Source: Mobula hypostoma (taxonomy: Eukaryota). Taken from it: DNA of 64,000 bases. A program made the translations under genes and the position numbers. Location of the stretch: NCBI RefSeq assembly GCF_963921235.1, contig NC_086097.1, positions 156,118,001 to 156,182,000 of the forward strand, in the 5' to 3' direction. This document shows positions 1 to 12,237 of the stretch, piece by piece (position 1 is the first letter of the stretch; every line of letters starts with the position of its first letter). The notes beneath the pieces are model-generated. The model made no database searches and was not told the origin of the DNA. It saw only the letters and a program-made list of their open reading frames with translations.

Positions 1-1420
1 TTACCAGACCAGAGTAGTCTGGCTGGGTGCTGATGGCAGTATGCCATTTGACAGCAGGAATGGCCCTCTGTGCCCTTCTCCAAACATTCCACTTGTGGTA
101 GACCAGGACCCAGGTGGACAGAATCTCAACCATGGGCTCCTCCATGAGCAACAACAGGTGTTGGTAGCCATGAAGCACTGTGGCAGAGGTGGTGTGTAGA
201 TTCTGGGGCAGCTCAGCCCAGGACAGATACTGCTTCCATGTCGAAGGATTAGAGGTGGCAAAGCATTGCAGAGACTACTCCACTTGCTGATTAGCTCTAC
301 CTGACTGCAGATGATAACCATGGGACAATCTTACTGAGTTACAAAGGAGGAAACAGAGGCTCGCTAGAAGCGAGAGGTGAAGTGTGGTCTCCGGTCAACA
401 CTATATCCTCAGAGAAGCTGTAGAAGTGAACTAGATGTTGAAGAACCAGGTCCACCAGCTAAATAGCTGATCGATGTTTAGTGAGGGCAATGAAGAGAGA
501 CACCTTGGAGAACTGATCCACCACTGTCATGATCACCATGGCCCTATTGGAAGGTGGTAAATCAGTGATGAAATCCATGACTATGTGGGTCCATCAGTAT
601 CAAGGAACTGATAGGAGCCACAGGAGCACAGAAGGGCTCTGCTGGAGGAATTGGACCAGGCATACTAAGGACAGGAAGCGATGAATTGACGTACATTCAT
701 GATCATGTTGGGCCACCAGATCCAGTGTCACAGAAAATCCAGAATCTGTCATGTGCCTGGATTGCTGGGGAGGGATGAGGAGTGGGTGAATTGGAGTGCA
801 TCAGAGGGCAAAGCTGCCAGCATCTACATGAGGTTTTTAGATGTGTTGGCAGCAGACTAGGTTATTCATGAGGTAGTGATTTGATGAAGGAGAAGAGAGG
901 AGTGGCAATTTGGCTGTAGTCTCTGAGGAAATGGCGGCTGAAATTGGAGAATCCAGGAAGCATTTGAGGGAGCGCTGTTGGGCCCATTCAACAATGGCAT
1001 GCCATTTTTCTAGGTCCAGGGTAATACCTCAGGGTGAAAGGTCGTAACCTGGGATGGAGACAATTGGAATGTGGAACTGGCATTTTAAGGAGACGCCAAA
1101 GGACTGAACAGGTGTGCGAGGCTTGGTCTTGGGGGTCATTGGAGAAGATGAGGGTGTTGTCGAGGTAGGTAAACACATAGCTATGTAGCATGTCTCAGAG
1201 GATCTTATTAATGAAAGTTTGGAAAATGGTTGGACTGTTGTAAAGTTCGAAAGGCATCACCAAGTACGTGTAGTGGCCAATGGTTGTTTGAATGCTCTCT
1301 TCCACTCATCCTCCTGTCGAATGTAGATCAGTTTGTGCGCACTCCGTAGATCCAGTCTGATGATGATCTGTGCTCTGTGGAGTGTTTGCGAATGTGCTAT
1401 CCATCAATGTCTAGTAGTGG
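1..1420 (-). mobile_element. Degenerate Ty3/Gypsy (sushi/chromovirus-like) pol fragment: RT and integrase remnants
   Basis: Minus-strand remnants: [29 protein letters not shown] and VFTYLDNTLIFS (RT); HIVMDFITDLPPS..IMTVVDQFSK (IN). Frameshifted and stopped. Confidence 0.85.
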
Positions 1421-3799
1421 TAAGCACATTAAGTTGGGGTTACTGTCTGTTACTACAATAACACCGTAAATAAAGTCAGTGAATAAAGAAAATCATGAAT
1501 TTTTTCATTGGCTGCCCATTTTAAGTCTAGGAACTCTACTTTATGGGCAGGATGTCTTGATTCACTATGGGAGAGTCCCGTACTGGCATAGGTGATGACT
1601 CTAATGTTCCTTTCCTGTTCTTGGTAGAGGGTGGCCCCTAAACCAGTAGTGCTGGCATCTGTGTGTAAAATGTATGGCAGTTGAGAGTTAGAAAACTCCA
1701 ATACACAAGTAGGTGCAACTTCCTTTATGATTAGGTCAAATGCTTCTCAACATGTGGTAGTCCACTTGCTTCCAAATGGATTATAATACTGGCTATCTTT
1801 CTTCACCTTGGAGTTCTTTCTGGCAGGTGGGTACCCCGATGTCAAATCATTGCACTGCTTAACTTTTCAAGAAAAATCCTTGATAAATCAGCAGTAATAT
1901 CCAATAAATGTAAGGAAGGACTTCAGTTCCTTCAGATTTCTGGAAATTGGCTGGGTTTTGACCACAGCTATCTTGTCAGAGTCAGTTTAAACTTCTTGAT
2001 GAGACATGATACGTCTGAGGTATTTGACTGAAGTCTGTGCAAAAACAAGCTTTTCTGGAGCCTGCTAAAGGCCATACTCTCCGGAGTCGATTTAGGACTT
2101 TCATAAGTCTTTCCTCATTCTCATCCAAGTACTTAGAGAACACAATGATGTTGTCAATGAAAACAAAGGCTTTTCACAGGATCATATCAACCATGCATTT
2201 CTCCATGGGTTGCTGGTATGTGCTTGGCGTGTTGGTAATTCCCAAGAGGACACACAGAGGCGGTTTTAGGCTTGTTGGCTTTAACTTTTATCTGGTAAGA
2301 TCAAGGACTGAAAACCATACGGAACCAGTCAAAGCCACAAAAGCGGCTTCAAACTTCGGGAATGCATAAGCATCTTTAATTGTCTATTGAGTTAACTTTG
2401 GATAATCTATACGCAAATGAACATCCCCATTCTTTTTTCTCACCACATCAACTGGAGAAGAAAAAGGAGATTCAGACTGTCTGGTTACTCCTGCATTTTG
2501 AGTTCTTGGAGATGTTTCTGAGCAGCTTCTCTATTTTCCAGCTGTATAGGTCAAGATCGGTGTTCCATCAACAAGGGTGATTCGACGTTTCACTCTGTCG
2601 GTATTTCCGAAATTTAAGCGAGGATGGGAGAAACATCAGGGATGCTTCATAATTTCTGTGTAAGTCTTGTCTTCCACTCAGTGGGGATAGGAAAATCACC
2701 AAGTTAAGCTGGGCTTGATGCTTGAGTGGATTCAGACTCACTGAAAGTTTTATTTGGTTAATCTTTTGGAAGGATAGCTTGTACTGAATTTAGTTCAGCT
2801 GTAACACACCTGGAAGGAATTATGACATCATGTGCTGTTATATTGGAGATCACTACAGGTAAGTGACAATGTTGTTTGTTTTCCAAAGTAATGAGGCAAG
2901 TCTTTGCTACGACCTGCTGCGTTCACCAGCAACTTTTATGTGTGTTGCAAGTCTTTGCTATATGCATTCCAGGCAAGGGAGAAGAAAATAGATGCTCCAC
3001 AATAGCCCATTTGTCAGGAAGTGGCATTCTGATTGTAACTGATCCACTCAAGTCTAGAGACTGCCCAGCCAGAATTTTTTTAGGGTCCTTGCCAGGTACT
3101 CTCACCAGCCCAACATTTCCCTCTATAGTCTGTCTTTGTCACATTTGCAAAACTTTCAGGTCCTGCTTGGAGCCAGACTTGGGAGAGGATTTCTGGCTAC
3201 TTTGCAGTTTGGAGCAGTTTTTAGACAGCTCATCAAGGGTATTTATGTGAACTAACAGCACAGGCTGTGGACATAAAGAGACATCTGGAACAATCAATTG
3301 CTAGGATGGTAAGTTCCACATCCACTCCTATAAAGTCTTTTGGGAATGTACCACTGACTTCTACATATCCCATGTATGGAACAGCTTGTCCATTTGTACC
3401 CTCTAAGTCTAACAAGTTGGTTTGAGAATAAAGTGGTAGATGTGACAAGTTGTGATCCTAGTAGGATTTAGAGATAGTAGTGACCTGCAATCCTGTATCT
3501 AATAAACAATTACATTTTCTACTGGCTAGGCTTATTTGATTAGGGCACATTGTGCCGCCTAATCCCTTAGGTAAGTTAACAGTCTGTCTTCTGGACTTTG
3601 TTTCACCAAGCAAGATCCTGGAGCTTTTGGGACATACTTTGCCAATGTCAGTCCCCATTTCTCCAGCAATAAGAACTGCTTCTAGTTTCAAATGAGGCTT
3701 AAGAGTACCATAATGTGACTCCCACTTGCTGTCTTCTCTTTTCTGATACTAATGTAAGATTGGGTTCATGGCAGAGCTGCCTACGTGCCCATCTTCACC
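1421..3799 (-). mobile_element. Old Gypsy element with PNMA-like gag: protease-RT-RNase H part, truncated in RNase H
   Basis: CLLDTGLQVTTIS (protease); LPYILHTDASTTGLGATLYQEQ..YAS..HKVEFLDLKWA (RNase H). Continues at 8685 after the nested element. Confidence 0.85.
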
Positions 3800-4677
3800 T
3801 GTTACGTACCCCGTAACTGGGTTGCCAAACCAACAGAAATGGATCACTCAGTTGGAGTCTGGAGTACTAGAACTAAGAAAGTTTTATTAAAGAAACAAGC
3901 AACACATTAATCGAAAGGATAATAAATGCAACAGTTCAGCGATGATAAACGCACATGTGCACAGAATTAAGATAACAGCATCAATCAAGCTCTATCGTTG
4001 TCTAGGGGTACATGACCAATTTCAAAATGACTCAAAGTTCAGTCCAGTTTGTAGTTCAGTTCGCAGTAATCGTTGTCATGGCGATGGACAAGGTGGGGGG
4101 AGAGAGACAGAATAGGAACAACTGATCATTCAGAACGGCTTCACTCACAGACCAGCAGGATGGCTCACAGACCAGCGAGATGGCTCACAAACAGCTTTTT
4201 GGGCGGGTCCTTGGTGATGTCACCTGAGGTCACCGACTGTGACCCCTCCTCCAGATGCGGTCGATCCTCTGCAGTGAACCCGGCACCCAGGCAAGGGCGG
4301 ACACACACCGGGTTCCCGCTGATCGTACCTTTCCACCCTTGTCGTTGTCTGGGACTTCTCACCCACTCGTGAGAAGCGCACCGCTTCCAGGGTCTCGTTA
4401 CCTCGGGTGGCGTGTGTGTCTGTCTTAGCGAACCTGTCCCTTTTTATCCCCCTGCTGGGGTATCGCCTGTCCATCACTTCAAACAGTTCAGGGCTCAAAG
4501 GGGGGAGCCGCTCCAGACAGCTCTTCCTCCCACATCCCTTCATTACACATCTCCAGACGCCGCTCCATTGTTCCTTATCTCTCCTTCCCCTGAGGGCAGG
4601 TGGCAGACCAACTGCTGATGCCACTGATGCTAGCCCAGGCCAGCAAACATCTTAATTTTATGTGTATTCTCGTAACA
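3800..4677 (-). repeat. 3' LTR of copy 1 (878 bp)
   Basis: Direct repeat of 7823-8680; differs by one 20-bp unit and one substitution that I could see. Confidence 0.97.
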
Positions 4678-4690
4678 CTTCCCCCCTTTA
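4678..4690 (-). promoter_or_regulatory. Polypurine tract of copy 1
   Basis: AAAGGGGGGGAAG immediately before the 3' LTR on the minus strand. Confidence 0.9.
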
Positions 4691-4849
4691 AGGATTTTTA
4701 CCGGGAGGTAAAAATTACAAACATGACTACATTATCTGATACATACACAATATACATCTTTAACAGTTATTTAGCTAATACAGAGAATTTGAAATTGTCA
4801 ACACCTTGACAGACAGTCATCACATTTTCTGTTCCTTTTACACGTGTTA

Positions 4850-7723
4850 TTAATAATCCCTTAGACCAGGCTCCAACTCAGCAAACTTCATAGTGGCCAA
4901 AAACACTGATGAATTGCGACCAATGTAACCTCTCATTTGGTTTTGTCCCGGACCACAACAACAAGGGTCGTCCCATTCCGACTCAATTTTCCCTCGCAAG
5001 GGCTTAGTAGGAGGGGGACGGGTATTGACCGCAGAGTTATTGCAAAACTTCCTGCAGTACCCCACCATCTCCAAAAGCCTTCTGAGGGCCCTCTTGTCTG
5101 TCGGGGTTGGGAGGTCAGCGATAGCCTGCACTGTAGCTTGCATCACTGCCAGCTGCCCCTGTGTCACCACAATTCCCAGGTAAGTGACATTCGCGTGGCC
5201 GAATTCATTTTTTCCAAGGTTCACTATCAAGCTGGCTTCAGACAGCCGTGTTAAATTGCCAATACACACCTCTGTGTTCATCAGCCCTTTAGTCACTGAA
5301 TTACTCAAAAAATATGGGTGTTGTTTACTTGGCCGCCCTATTGTAACCGACATAACCCAACGTCCCAGTTCTTTGCATTTCCTCGGGACAATCAAACACA
5401 TGGGTGCGAGTCGTTTAATTACTCCTTCGGGGATTAAGGGAGAGACCTTATCAGTAGACCTGGCCAAAACAATAGCCTTCTCCCATCTGACCGATCCCAT
5501 CCTAATCTTTTCAAAATGGTTTTTTCCTCTTATCAGGGGGCCCCTAGCTTCATTGATTTCCACGCTAACACCGACTAGGTTTGTTAGCATATCAAAAGCC
5601 GGTGACCGTCTCAGTTCGCGTCGGTCATGATCAATAACATTTTTCCCCCTGGGCAGCCGGTAACTCTCTTTCATGATTCCACCAACTGTTTCCTCCAGCA
5701 CCGCAAAATGTCCACCGGGGGGTACCTCGTGGGCCATGTTAAAAACCTCATCCCCATAACTCTTTTGCACCACCCCCCACTCCTCATCTGCGGATGCTGT
5801 ACTTGATTTCCCTTTCTTCCTTAGCACTTCCTCATCCGCACAATAGCTTGTCAAGGCTGTGTCAGAGAGAGCGGTCTCGGCAAAAACCATCAGCCCCTCG
5901 TCTCGCTCCTGCGTCTGCACAAATTCTTTCCTGGCTACTGCTACGTCCGTCCCAGCTCCCTCACTACCTCTTATCTCACTACACCCTGTCTCATACAAGG
6001 TTGGCAGGAATGTTTCAGCCAAATTCACCATCGCGGGCGGGGCCTCCATGCTGGCAGGCTGACCCGTCAATCTCACGACTGGGAACACGATTCCTCCGGC
6101 GATGTCATTACCGAGCAAGACTTCCACGTCTTTCATCGGTAATTCGGACCTCACCCCGATCGTGACTAGTCCAGAGACCAGGTTGCTCTGTAAATGTATC
6201 TGGTGCAAAGGGACTGACTCTGTCCCTTCCCCAACACCTTTGACCTCTACCTCCCCAGTCTGGGTCTCTGAGCTAAACTCTAATACACTCTTCAATATCA
6301 ATGACTGACACGCTCCCGTGTCTCTCCAGATCCGCACTGGAACTGGTTTTAACCCCTCCTTCACTGACACCAGTCCGGCCGAGATAAACCTCTCGCGCCC
6401 TTCCTGGACTTTTTCAGACCTGTCCTTCCCTAGCGGTTCGCTTAACAGCTCAATACAGCCATTCAAAATTTCCGCTTTTCCTTTCCCCGTCTCCTTCCTT
6501 GGGGCAAAGCACCTGGACGCAAAGTGTCCGACTTTCCCACAATTATAACAGACGACCCCAGGAGACTTCCTACCAGGCTGCTCCCGGTCTACCTTATCCT
6601 TTTCACTAGTCCCCGGCTTACTTTCTGACTTTTCCGGCGGACTCTCCCCGCCGTCCTGACTACCCTTCTGGTAGCCTTTACTCGGGGCAACCTTCATTTT
6701 ATGCGTCAACGCATACTCATCCGCTAACTTAGCAGTTGCGGCTAACGTGGCTGCCTCTTTCTCATCGAGGTAGGGTCTCATACCCTCAGGGACACAACCT
6801 TTAAACTGCTCAATCAGAACCAGTTGCAGCAGTCTGTCATAATCCCCCTCTACCCCTTTCGAGGCGCACCAACGCTCACAATATGTTTGCATCTCACGAG
6901 CAAACTCCAAATACGTGCGGTCCCACCGCTTCCTCGCATTCCGGAACCTCTGCCGGTATGCCTCCGGGACCAACTCATAAATCCTGAGGATGGCCTCCTT
7001 CACCACCTCATACTTCTGGGCATCTTCCGCGGATAAGGCGGAGTAAGCTTGTTGGGCCTTCCCTTTCAGTACACTCTGAAGTAAGACAACCCACTTATCC
7101 CTCGGCCATTCCTGACTTATGGCCACTTTTTCGAAATGGAGAAAGTACCGATCCACATCGGTATCGTCAAAAGGGGGAACCAGCCTAACCTCCTGGGTCG
7201 CCCGGAACCCTCCACCTTGGTTCGGCACGAGCCCCTGCTCGGCCCTTATCTTTAACTTCTCCAGCTCAAATTCCCTTTCCCTCTGTTTCTCCTCTCTCTC
7301 CAACTGTCTGTCCCTCTCTCTCTCTTCTCTCTCCAACTGTCTTTCTCTCTCTTGCCTTTCTACCTCTTTCTCTCTCTCCCGCCTTTCTAACTCTCTCTCT
7401 TTCTCCTGCCTTTCTAACTCTCTCTCTTTCTCCTGCCTTTCTAACTGCCGTACCCGGAACTCGTGCTCGAGTCTCAGTTTTTCAAGCTGTACCTGTACCG
7501 CGTCTCCAGCAGGTTTTTCAATAGACACCTCCCCCAGCTCACCTTGGGGAAACACACCTTTAGATACATAGTGCTCTACAATAGCTCTGTGTATCTCCTC
7601 TCTCCTCATTGTCGACTTCACCTTAGCAAGATTCACCCGTTTTGCCACAGCTATCAATTCTGATTTCCTGGCATCCTCTAATGCCTCCAAGGTCGGCGCC
7701 TTTATAAATTCCTCAACCTCCAT
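4850..7723 (-). CDS. Gag (coiled coil, SCAN-like capsid CTD, CCHC)-aspartic protease-vestigial IN/RT polyprotein, 957 aa
   Basis: PEAYRQRFR...LVLIEQF (SCAN-like); CYNCGKVGHFASRC; WRDTGA; AHE.P.GGH; PSKQHPY; VTYLG...MVGYCRKF. No YxDD or DDE core. Confidence 0.9.
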   Translation of the reverse strand: MEVEEFIKAPTLEALEDARKSELIAVAKRVNLAKVKSTMRREEIHRAIVEHYVSKGVFPQGELGEVSIEKPAGDAVQVQLEKLRLEHEFRVRQLERQEKERELERQEKERELERREREKEVERQERERQLEREERERDRQLEREEKQREREFELEKLKIRAEQGLVPNQGGGFRATQEVRLVPPFDDTDVDRYFLHFEKVAISQEWPRDKWVVLLQSVLKGKAQQAYSALSAEDAQKYEVVKEAILRIYELVPEAYRQRFRNARKRWDRTYLEFAREMQTYCERWCASKGVEGDYDRLLQLVLIEQFKGCVPEGMRPYLDEKEAATLAATAKLADEYALTHKMKVAPSKGYQKGSQDGGESPPEKSESKPGTSEKDKVDREQPGRKSPGVVCYNCGKVGHFASRCFAPRKETGKGKAEILNGCIELLSEPLGKDRSEKVQEGRERFISAGLVSVKEGLKPVPVRIWRDTGACQSLILKSVLEFSSETQTGEVEVKGVGEGTESVPLHQIHLQSNLVSGLVTIGVRSELPMKDVEVLLGNDIAGGIVFPVVRLTGQPASMEAPPAMVNLAETFLPTLYETGCSEIRGSEGAGTDVAVARKEFVQTQERDEGLMVFAETALSDTALTSYCADEEVLRKKGKSSTASADEEWGVVQKSYGDEVFNMAHEVPPGGHFAVLEETVGGIMKESYRLPRGKNVIDHDRRELRRSPAFDMLTNLVGVSVEINEARGPLIRGKNHFEKIRMGSVRWEKAIVLARSTDKVSPLIPEGVIKRLAPMCLIVPRKCKELGRWVMSVTIGRPSKQHPYFLSNSVTKGLMNTEVCIGNLTRLSEASLIVNLGKNEFGHANVTYLGIVVTQGQLAVMQATVQAIADLPTPTDKRALRRLLEMVGYCRKFCNNSAVNTRPPPTKPLRGKIESEWDDPCCCGPGQNQMRGYIGRNSSVFLATMKFAELEPGLRDY

Positions 7724-7792
7724 TTCTGCTGTTTGTCTTTTCTTTCTTTCGGGAATTTTAACCCAATCAATTTACTCCGTCCCAAATTTAGC

Positions 7793-7818
7793 GTTCAAAA
7801 TCGCGGACGAGAACCCCA
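7793..7818 (-). promoter_or_regulatory. Primer binding site of copy 1 (variant tRNA-Pro)
   Basis: TGGGGTTCTCGTCCGCGATTTTGAAC, 4 nt after the 5' LTR; resembles the tRNA-Pro complement TGGGGGCTCGTCCGGGATTTGAAC. Confidence 0.8.
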
Positions 7819-7822
7819 CTTA

Positions 7823-8680
7823 TGTTACGTACCCCGTAACTGGGTTGCCAAACCAACAGAAATGGATCACTCAGTTGGAGTCTGGAGTACTAGAACTAAG
7901 AAAGTTTTATTAAAGAAACAAGCAACACATTAATCGAAAGGATAATAAATGCAACAGTTCAGCGATGATAAACGCACATGTGCACAGAATTAAGATAACA
8001 GCATCAATCAAGCTCTATCGTTGTCTAGGGGTACATGACCAATTTCAAAATGACTCAAAGTTCAGTCCAGTTTGTAGTTCAGTTCGCAGTAATCGTTGTC
8101 ATGGCGATGGACAAGGTGGGGGGAGAGAGACAGAATAGGAACAACTGATCATTCAGAACGGCTTCACTCACAGACCAGCAGGATGGCTCACAAACAGCTT
8201 TTTGGGCGGGTCCTTGGTGATGTCACCTGAGGTCACCGACTGTGACCCCTCCTCCAGATGCGGTCGATCCTCTGCAGTGAACCCGGCACCCAGGCAAGGG
8301 CGGACACACACCGGGTTCCCGCTGATCGTACCTTTCCACCCTTGTCGTTGTCTGGGACTTCTCACCCACTCGTGAGAAGCGCACCGCTTCCAGGGTCTCG
8401 TTACCTCGGGTGGCGTGTGTGTCTGTCTTAGCGAACCTGTCCCTTTTTATCCCCCTGCTGGGGTATCGCCTGTCCATCACTTCAAACAGTTCAGGGTTCA
8501 AAGGGGGGAGCCGCTCCAGACAGCTCTTCCTCCCACATCCCTTCATTACACATCTCCAGACGCCGCTCCATTGTTCCTTATCTCTCCTTCCCCTGAGGGC
8601 AGGTGGCAGACCAACTGCTGATGCCACTGATGCTAGCCCAGGCCAGCAAACATCTTAATTTTATGTGTATTCTCGTAACA
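7823..8680 (-). repeat. 5' LTR of copy 1 (858 bp)
   Basis: TG...CA termini, adjacent PBS, internal AATAAA. Confidence 0.97.
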
Positions 8681-8684
8681 CACC

Positions 8685-10300
8685 ACACTTAAAACAGTAC
8701 CAAGGCTTTGATTAGACACCTGGCTATTTGTCAGTGGTTGTGGACTCTTGCTTGTCTTTTGAGTCAGCCTTTTCTTTTAGTGGCTTATCACTTGCAGTCT
8801 TAGAGCTCACTTTTAACTTCTGCTGTTTTGTAGTTAGTTGACTTTGATAGGAGTCAACTAGCTACAAAGAGAGAAGTTGAGAAGTAACTGAAGTTAGCTA
8901 TGCTACGTCATCTTTTTTACATACACCTGTGTTCTGAGACTGTATTGACTGTTGTTTGACTGTTCTTAAATGCTATTTCATGCATGCAGTTCTGGAAGCA
9001 TGCTTGTTTTCAGTGCGTGAAAATATCAATAGTTCAGTAAACGATGGCGAGTTTTGTTTTTTCTCTTCCAGTTGCAGCTCTAAGATCAGGGAGCAGTCTC
9101 AACAGCCCCTACAAATGTGCTTTAAGAGATGCTTATTAGCCTCAGTTTCAGCAGCTCTGCCTCACTTTATCATCAGATTGAACTGCAGCCCCTGTAGGTA
9201 GGCAGGCGGTTTTTCACCCGTTTTCTATACCATATTTATGAAGTTGGTGAATAATCCATCACAGTCTTTGATAGAGGCAAAAGCTGATTCTAGGACTTGC
9301 ACATAAAAAGCGGGTTAGGTTCCAGGACTTATTGACGATCATGTCAGAAGCTGGTGGAAGAATATTTTCACATGCTTTATGAAGATCAGACACACTTGGG
9401 TCTTGCAAGAGCAGTTCAGTACTAGCATGCCAAGTCTCATAATCCACCTCCTTAGGTGGACAAGGGGTTCTACAAGAAAAAGTTCAGAGCCTTACTGGTG
9501 GATTGCCATGAGCCATAAGTCATTACTCTGCACAAGGTGCTCTACTGTGACTTTTCAAATATCTGGAGGGTTAAGATCACTGGGAGAGAGGGAGGGGGGT
9601 CACTATAATTCCATTAGTTTGTATTACAGGAACTGAATTATTTTGCATAGCAGCAAGATCTGTGTCTGGCAGGTTAGTATCAGAGGTGTCAGCTCTGAAG
9701 TGCGTAGTGGTAGTCTTGTTACATATATCTTCAGCAGTTTCAACAGTGACTATTTCCCTACCCTCGTTAGAAAGGGTTTCATGGATCTGTGCTAACACCT
9801 CTCTCAGGATTTCGTCATAATCTTTCCCATTGCACTTCACTAAGGTTTTCAACTCACTAAGGTAAGCTGGCGTGGTGTCTTTTCCAACTTTCTGAGTGTA
9901 AACACTGACCAAAGTAACTAAATGGTAGGAAACATTATAGTCACTGCTTGCCTGTTGAGTGTATGGTAGAAAGGGCTGGAGAATTTGCCTGCAGAGTCCA
10001 AGTTGTACTCTACTGTGAGGGACTTGGGAGAATCTGCACTGGGGCAACTAAACCATATTCTTTTGGAAAGTCTAGTATTTCCTTATCTTGGTTCTTTTCT
10101 CGTTATGCCACTGACTAAAACAGCATTTGGGATTTTAACGCCCTTTTCCTCCATGACTTCCATCTTCTTTCACTGTAGCTTTTAATTGAACAGAAGTGAA
10201 TTTGAACAATAAGATTCTTTTAGTGCTTTGTATACTAATCAGTATGTTAGTGTTTATGCAATAAACTGCCTCATGGCTGGCTTATCAAGTTTTATGTAAC
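8685..10300 (-). mobile_element. Degenerate PNMA-like gag and leader of the host Gypsy element
   Basis: Starts MEVMEEKGVKIPNAVLVSG near 10154; ends in zinc knuckle PWYCFKCG, interrupted by copy 1. Degenerate tRNA-Arg-like PBS TGATAAGCCAGCCATGAG (10270-10287) follows LTR end TGTTACA (10295-10301). Confidence 0.75.
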
Positions 10301-10807
10301 ACCTGTGTAGCATTTGTCTTCTCTCGTATGACTGGCCACAGCACTCTTTGTGAGAAAATTAAATTGCATAGTACTACACTGGGTGCTAGTGGGCCATCAG
10401 AAACTCTAGATATTGAAAGGAGGCAGTGAATAGAAAACACACGCTTCTAGAGGTAAGTTTCTTCATAAAAAAAACAAATAATACAAAATATTTACATGAG
10501 TAAGAACAATTCAAAATTCCAACATTCTGTTTAGGTTCCAAATCTCAGATATGAAATGAAAACCAAATTCCTTTTGAGTTAGAATCAGTGAGATTTGTTA
10601 GAATAACCCTTATCACTCCAATTTCTCTAACTAATTATATTTAGTGTTATTCCCTATTTAAAGGTTTACAAAAGGTTTAAGTTTGCCTTTTTATTTATCT
10701 TTAGTTAGTTAGGAAATTAATTGAATTCCTATTTGTTAGTATTATGGTTAACCACAGTTTCAGTTTCAGGTCAGTATGCCTGCAAATTCTAATTCAACCC
10801 TACATGT

Positions 10808-10808
<1 letters not shown>

Positions 10809-10875
<67 letters not shown>
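10809..10875. repeat. (GATA)n microsatellite
   Basis: Perfect tetranucleotide run. Confidence 0.98.
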
Positions 10876-11279
10876 CTTAACCCTTTCATGACAATTATCC
10901 AACATCACAACTTTTAACCAAAGTAAATCTCATTCAGTCACTTATCAATCTTTGCAAAAATAATCTGTTCTTCCAGAAAATCAAATTCAGATCCTTAAAG
11001 TGAGAAATAAATGATACTTTCAACCATATTAAATGCTTTACGCCTTGAAAGGTTTCATTTCTATACTAGTTTATCAAATTTGGGTGGCTTGCCATCTTGT
11101 TTCTTGGTTCGTTGGATGCAATGGTAGGTCATCCATGGAAAGTCGATTCAAAATAATTACACAAAAAATATCCAACTTGTACTACTTGTACAATCCATAA
11201 ATTCTTATATGCATTCTATTTTCTATTTCAAAGTAACTCAATATCACATTGTCATTTCCAACCACTTCTCAGTTACACT

Positions 11280-12138
11280 TGTTACGAGAATACACATAAA
11301 ATTAAGATGTTTGCTGGCCTGGGCTAGCATCAGTGGCATCAGCAGTTGGTCTGCCACCTGCCCTCAGGGGAAGGAGAGATAAGGAACAATGGAGCAGCGT
11401 CTGGAGATGTGTAATGAAGGGATGTGGGAGGGAGAGCTGTCTGGAGCGGCTCCCCCCTTTGAACCCTGAACTGTTTGAAGTGATGGACAGGCGATACCCC
11501 AGCAGGGGGATAAAAAGGGACAGGTTCGCTAAGACAGACACACACGCCACCCGAGGTAACGAGACCCTGGAAGCGGTACGCTTCTCACGAGTGGGTGAGA
11601 AGTACCAGACAACGACCAGGGTGGAAAGGTACGATCAGCGGGAACCCGGTGTGTGTCCGCCCTTGCCTGGGTGCCGGGTTCACTGCAGAGGATCGACCGC
11701 ATCTGGAGGAGGGGTCACAGTCGGTGACCTCAGGTGACATCACCAAGGACCCACCCAAAAGTTGCTCGTGAGCAATCTCGCTGGTCTGTGAGTGAAACTG
11801 TGCTGAATGATGAGTTGTTCCTATTCTATGTCTCTCTTCCCCCACCTTGTCCATCGCCATGGCAACGATTACTGCGAACTGAACTACTAACTGGACTGAA
11901 CTTTGAGTCATTTTGAAATTGGTCATTTACCCCTAGACAACGATAGAGCTTGATTGATGCTGTTATCTTAATTCTGTGCACATGTGTGGTTATCATTGTT
12001 GAATTGTTGCATTTATTATCCTTTCGATTACTGTGTTGCTTGTTTCTTTAATAAAACTTTCTTAGTTCTAGTACTCCAGACTCCAACTGAGTGATCCATT
12101 TCTGCTGGTTTGGCAACCCAGTTACGGGGTACGTAACA
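11280..12138 (+). repeat. 5' LTR of copy 2
   Basis: Direct repeat of 15386-16244; TATA-like GATAAAAA near 11509 and AATAAA near 12050. Confidence 0.97.
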
Positions 12139-12142
12139 TAAG

Positions 12143-12168
12143 TGGGGTTCTCGTCCGCGATTTTGAAC
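12143..12168 (+). promoter_or_regulatory. Primer binding site of copy 2 (variant tRNA-Pro)
   Basis: TGGGGTTCTCGTCCGCGATTTTGAAC, identical to copy 1. Confidence 0.8.
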
Positions 12169-12237
12169 GCTAAATTTGGGACGGAGTAAATTGATTGGGT
12201 TAAAATTCCCGAAAGAAAGAAAAGACAAACAGCAGAA

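Larger units (their letters stand above)
3800..8680 (-). mobile_element. Complete young Gmr1-like (SCAN-Gag) non-autonomous LTR retrotransposon, copy 1
   Basis: LTRs at 3800-4677 and 7823-8680 (TGTTACG...CGTAACA termini); TSD CACC at 3796-3799 and 8681-8684; PBS, PPT and a single 957-aa ORF. Confidence 0.97.

Noticed and set aside
4220..4624. 134-aa ORF and overlapping small ORFs repeated in all four LTRs
   Set aside because: The 134-aa ORF has a non-ATG start and none has a recognisable domain; recurrence simply reflects LTR identity.
7119..7571. Ser/Leu-rich antisense ORFs (also 12390-12944)
   Set aside because: Shadow of the AG-rich Gag repeat on the opposite strand.
4850..7723. Domesticated host SCAN/zinc-finger gene
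   Set aside because: Bounded by near-identical LTRs, TSD, PBS and PPT and present twice, so it is a mobile element.
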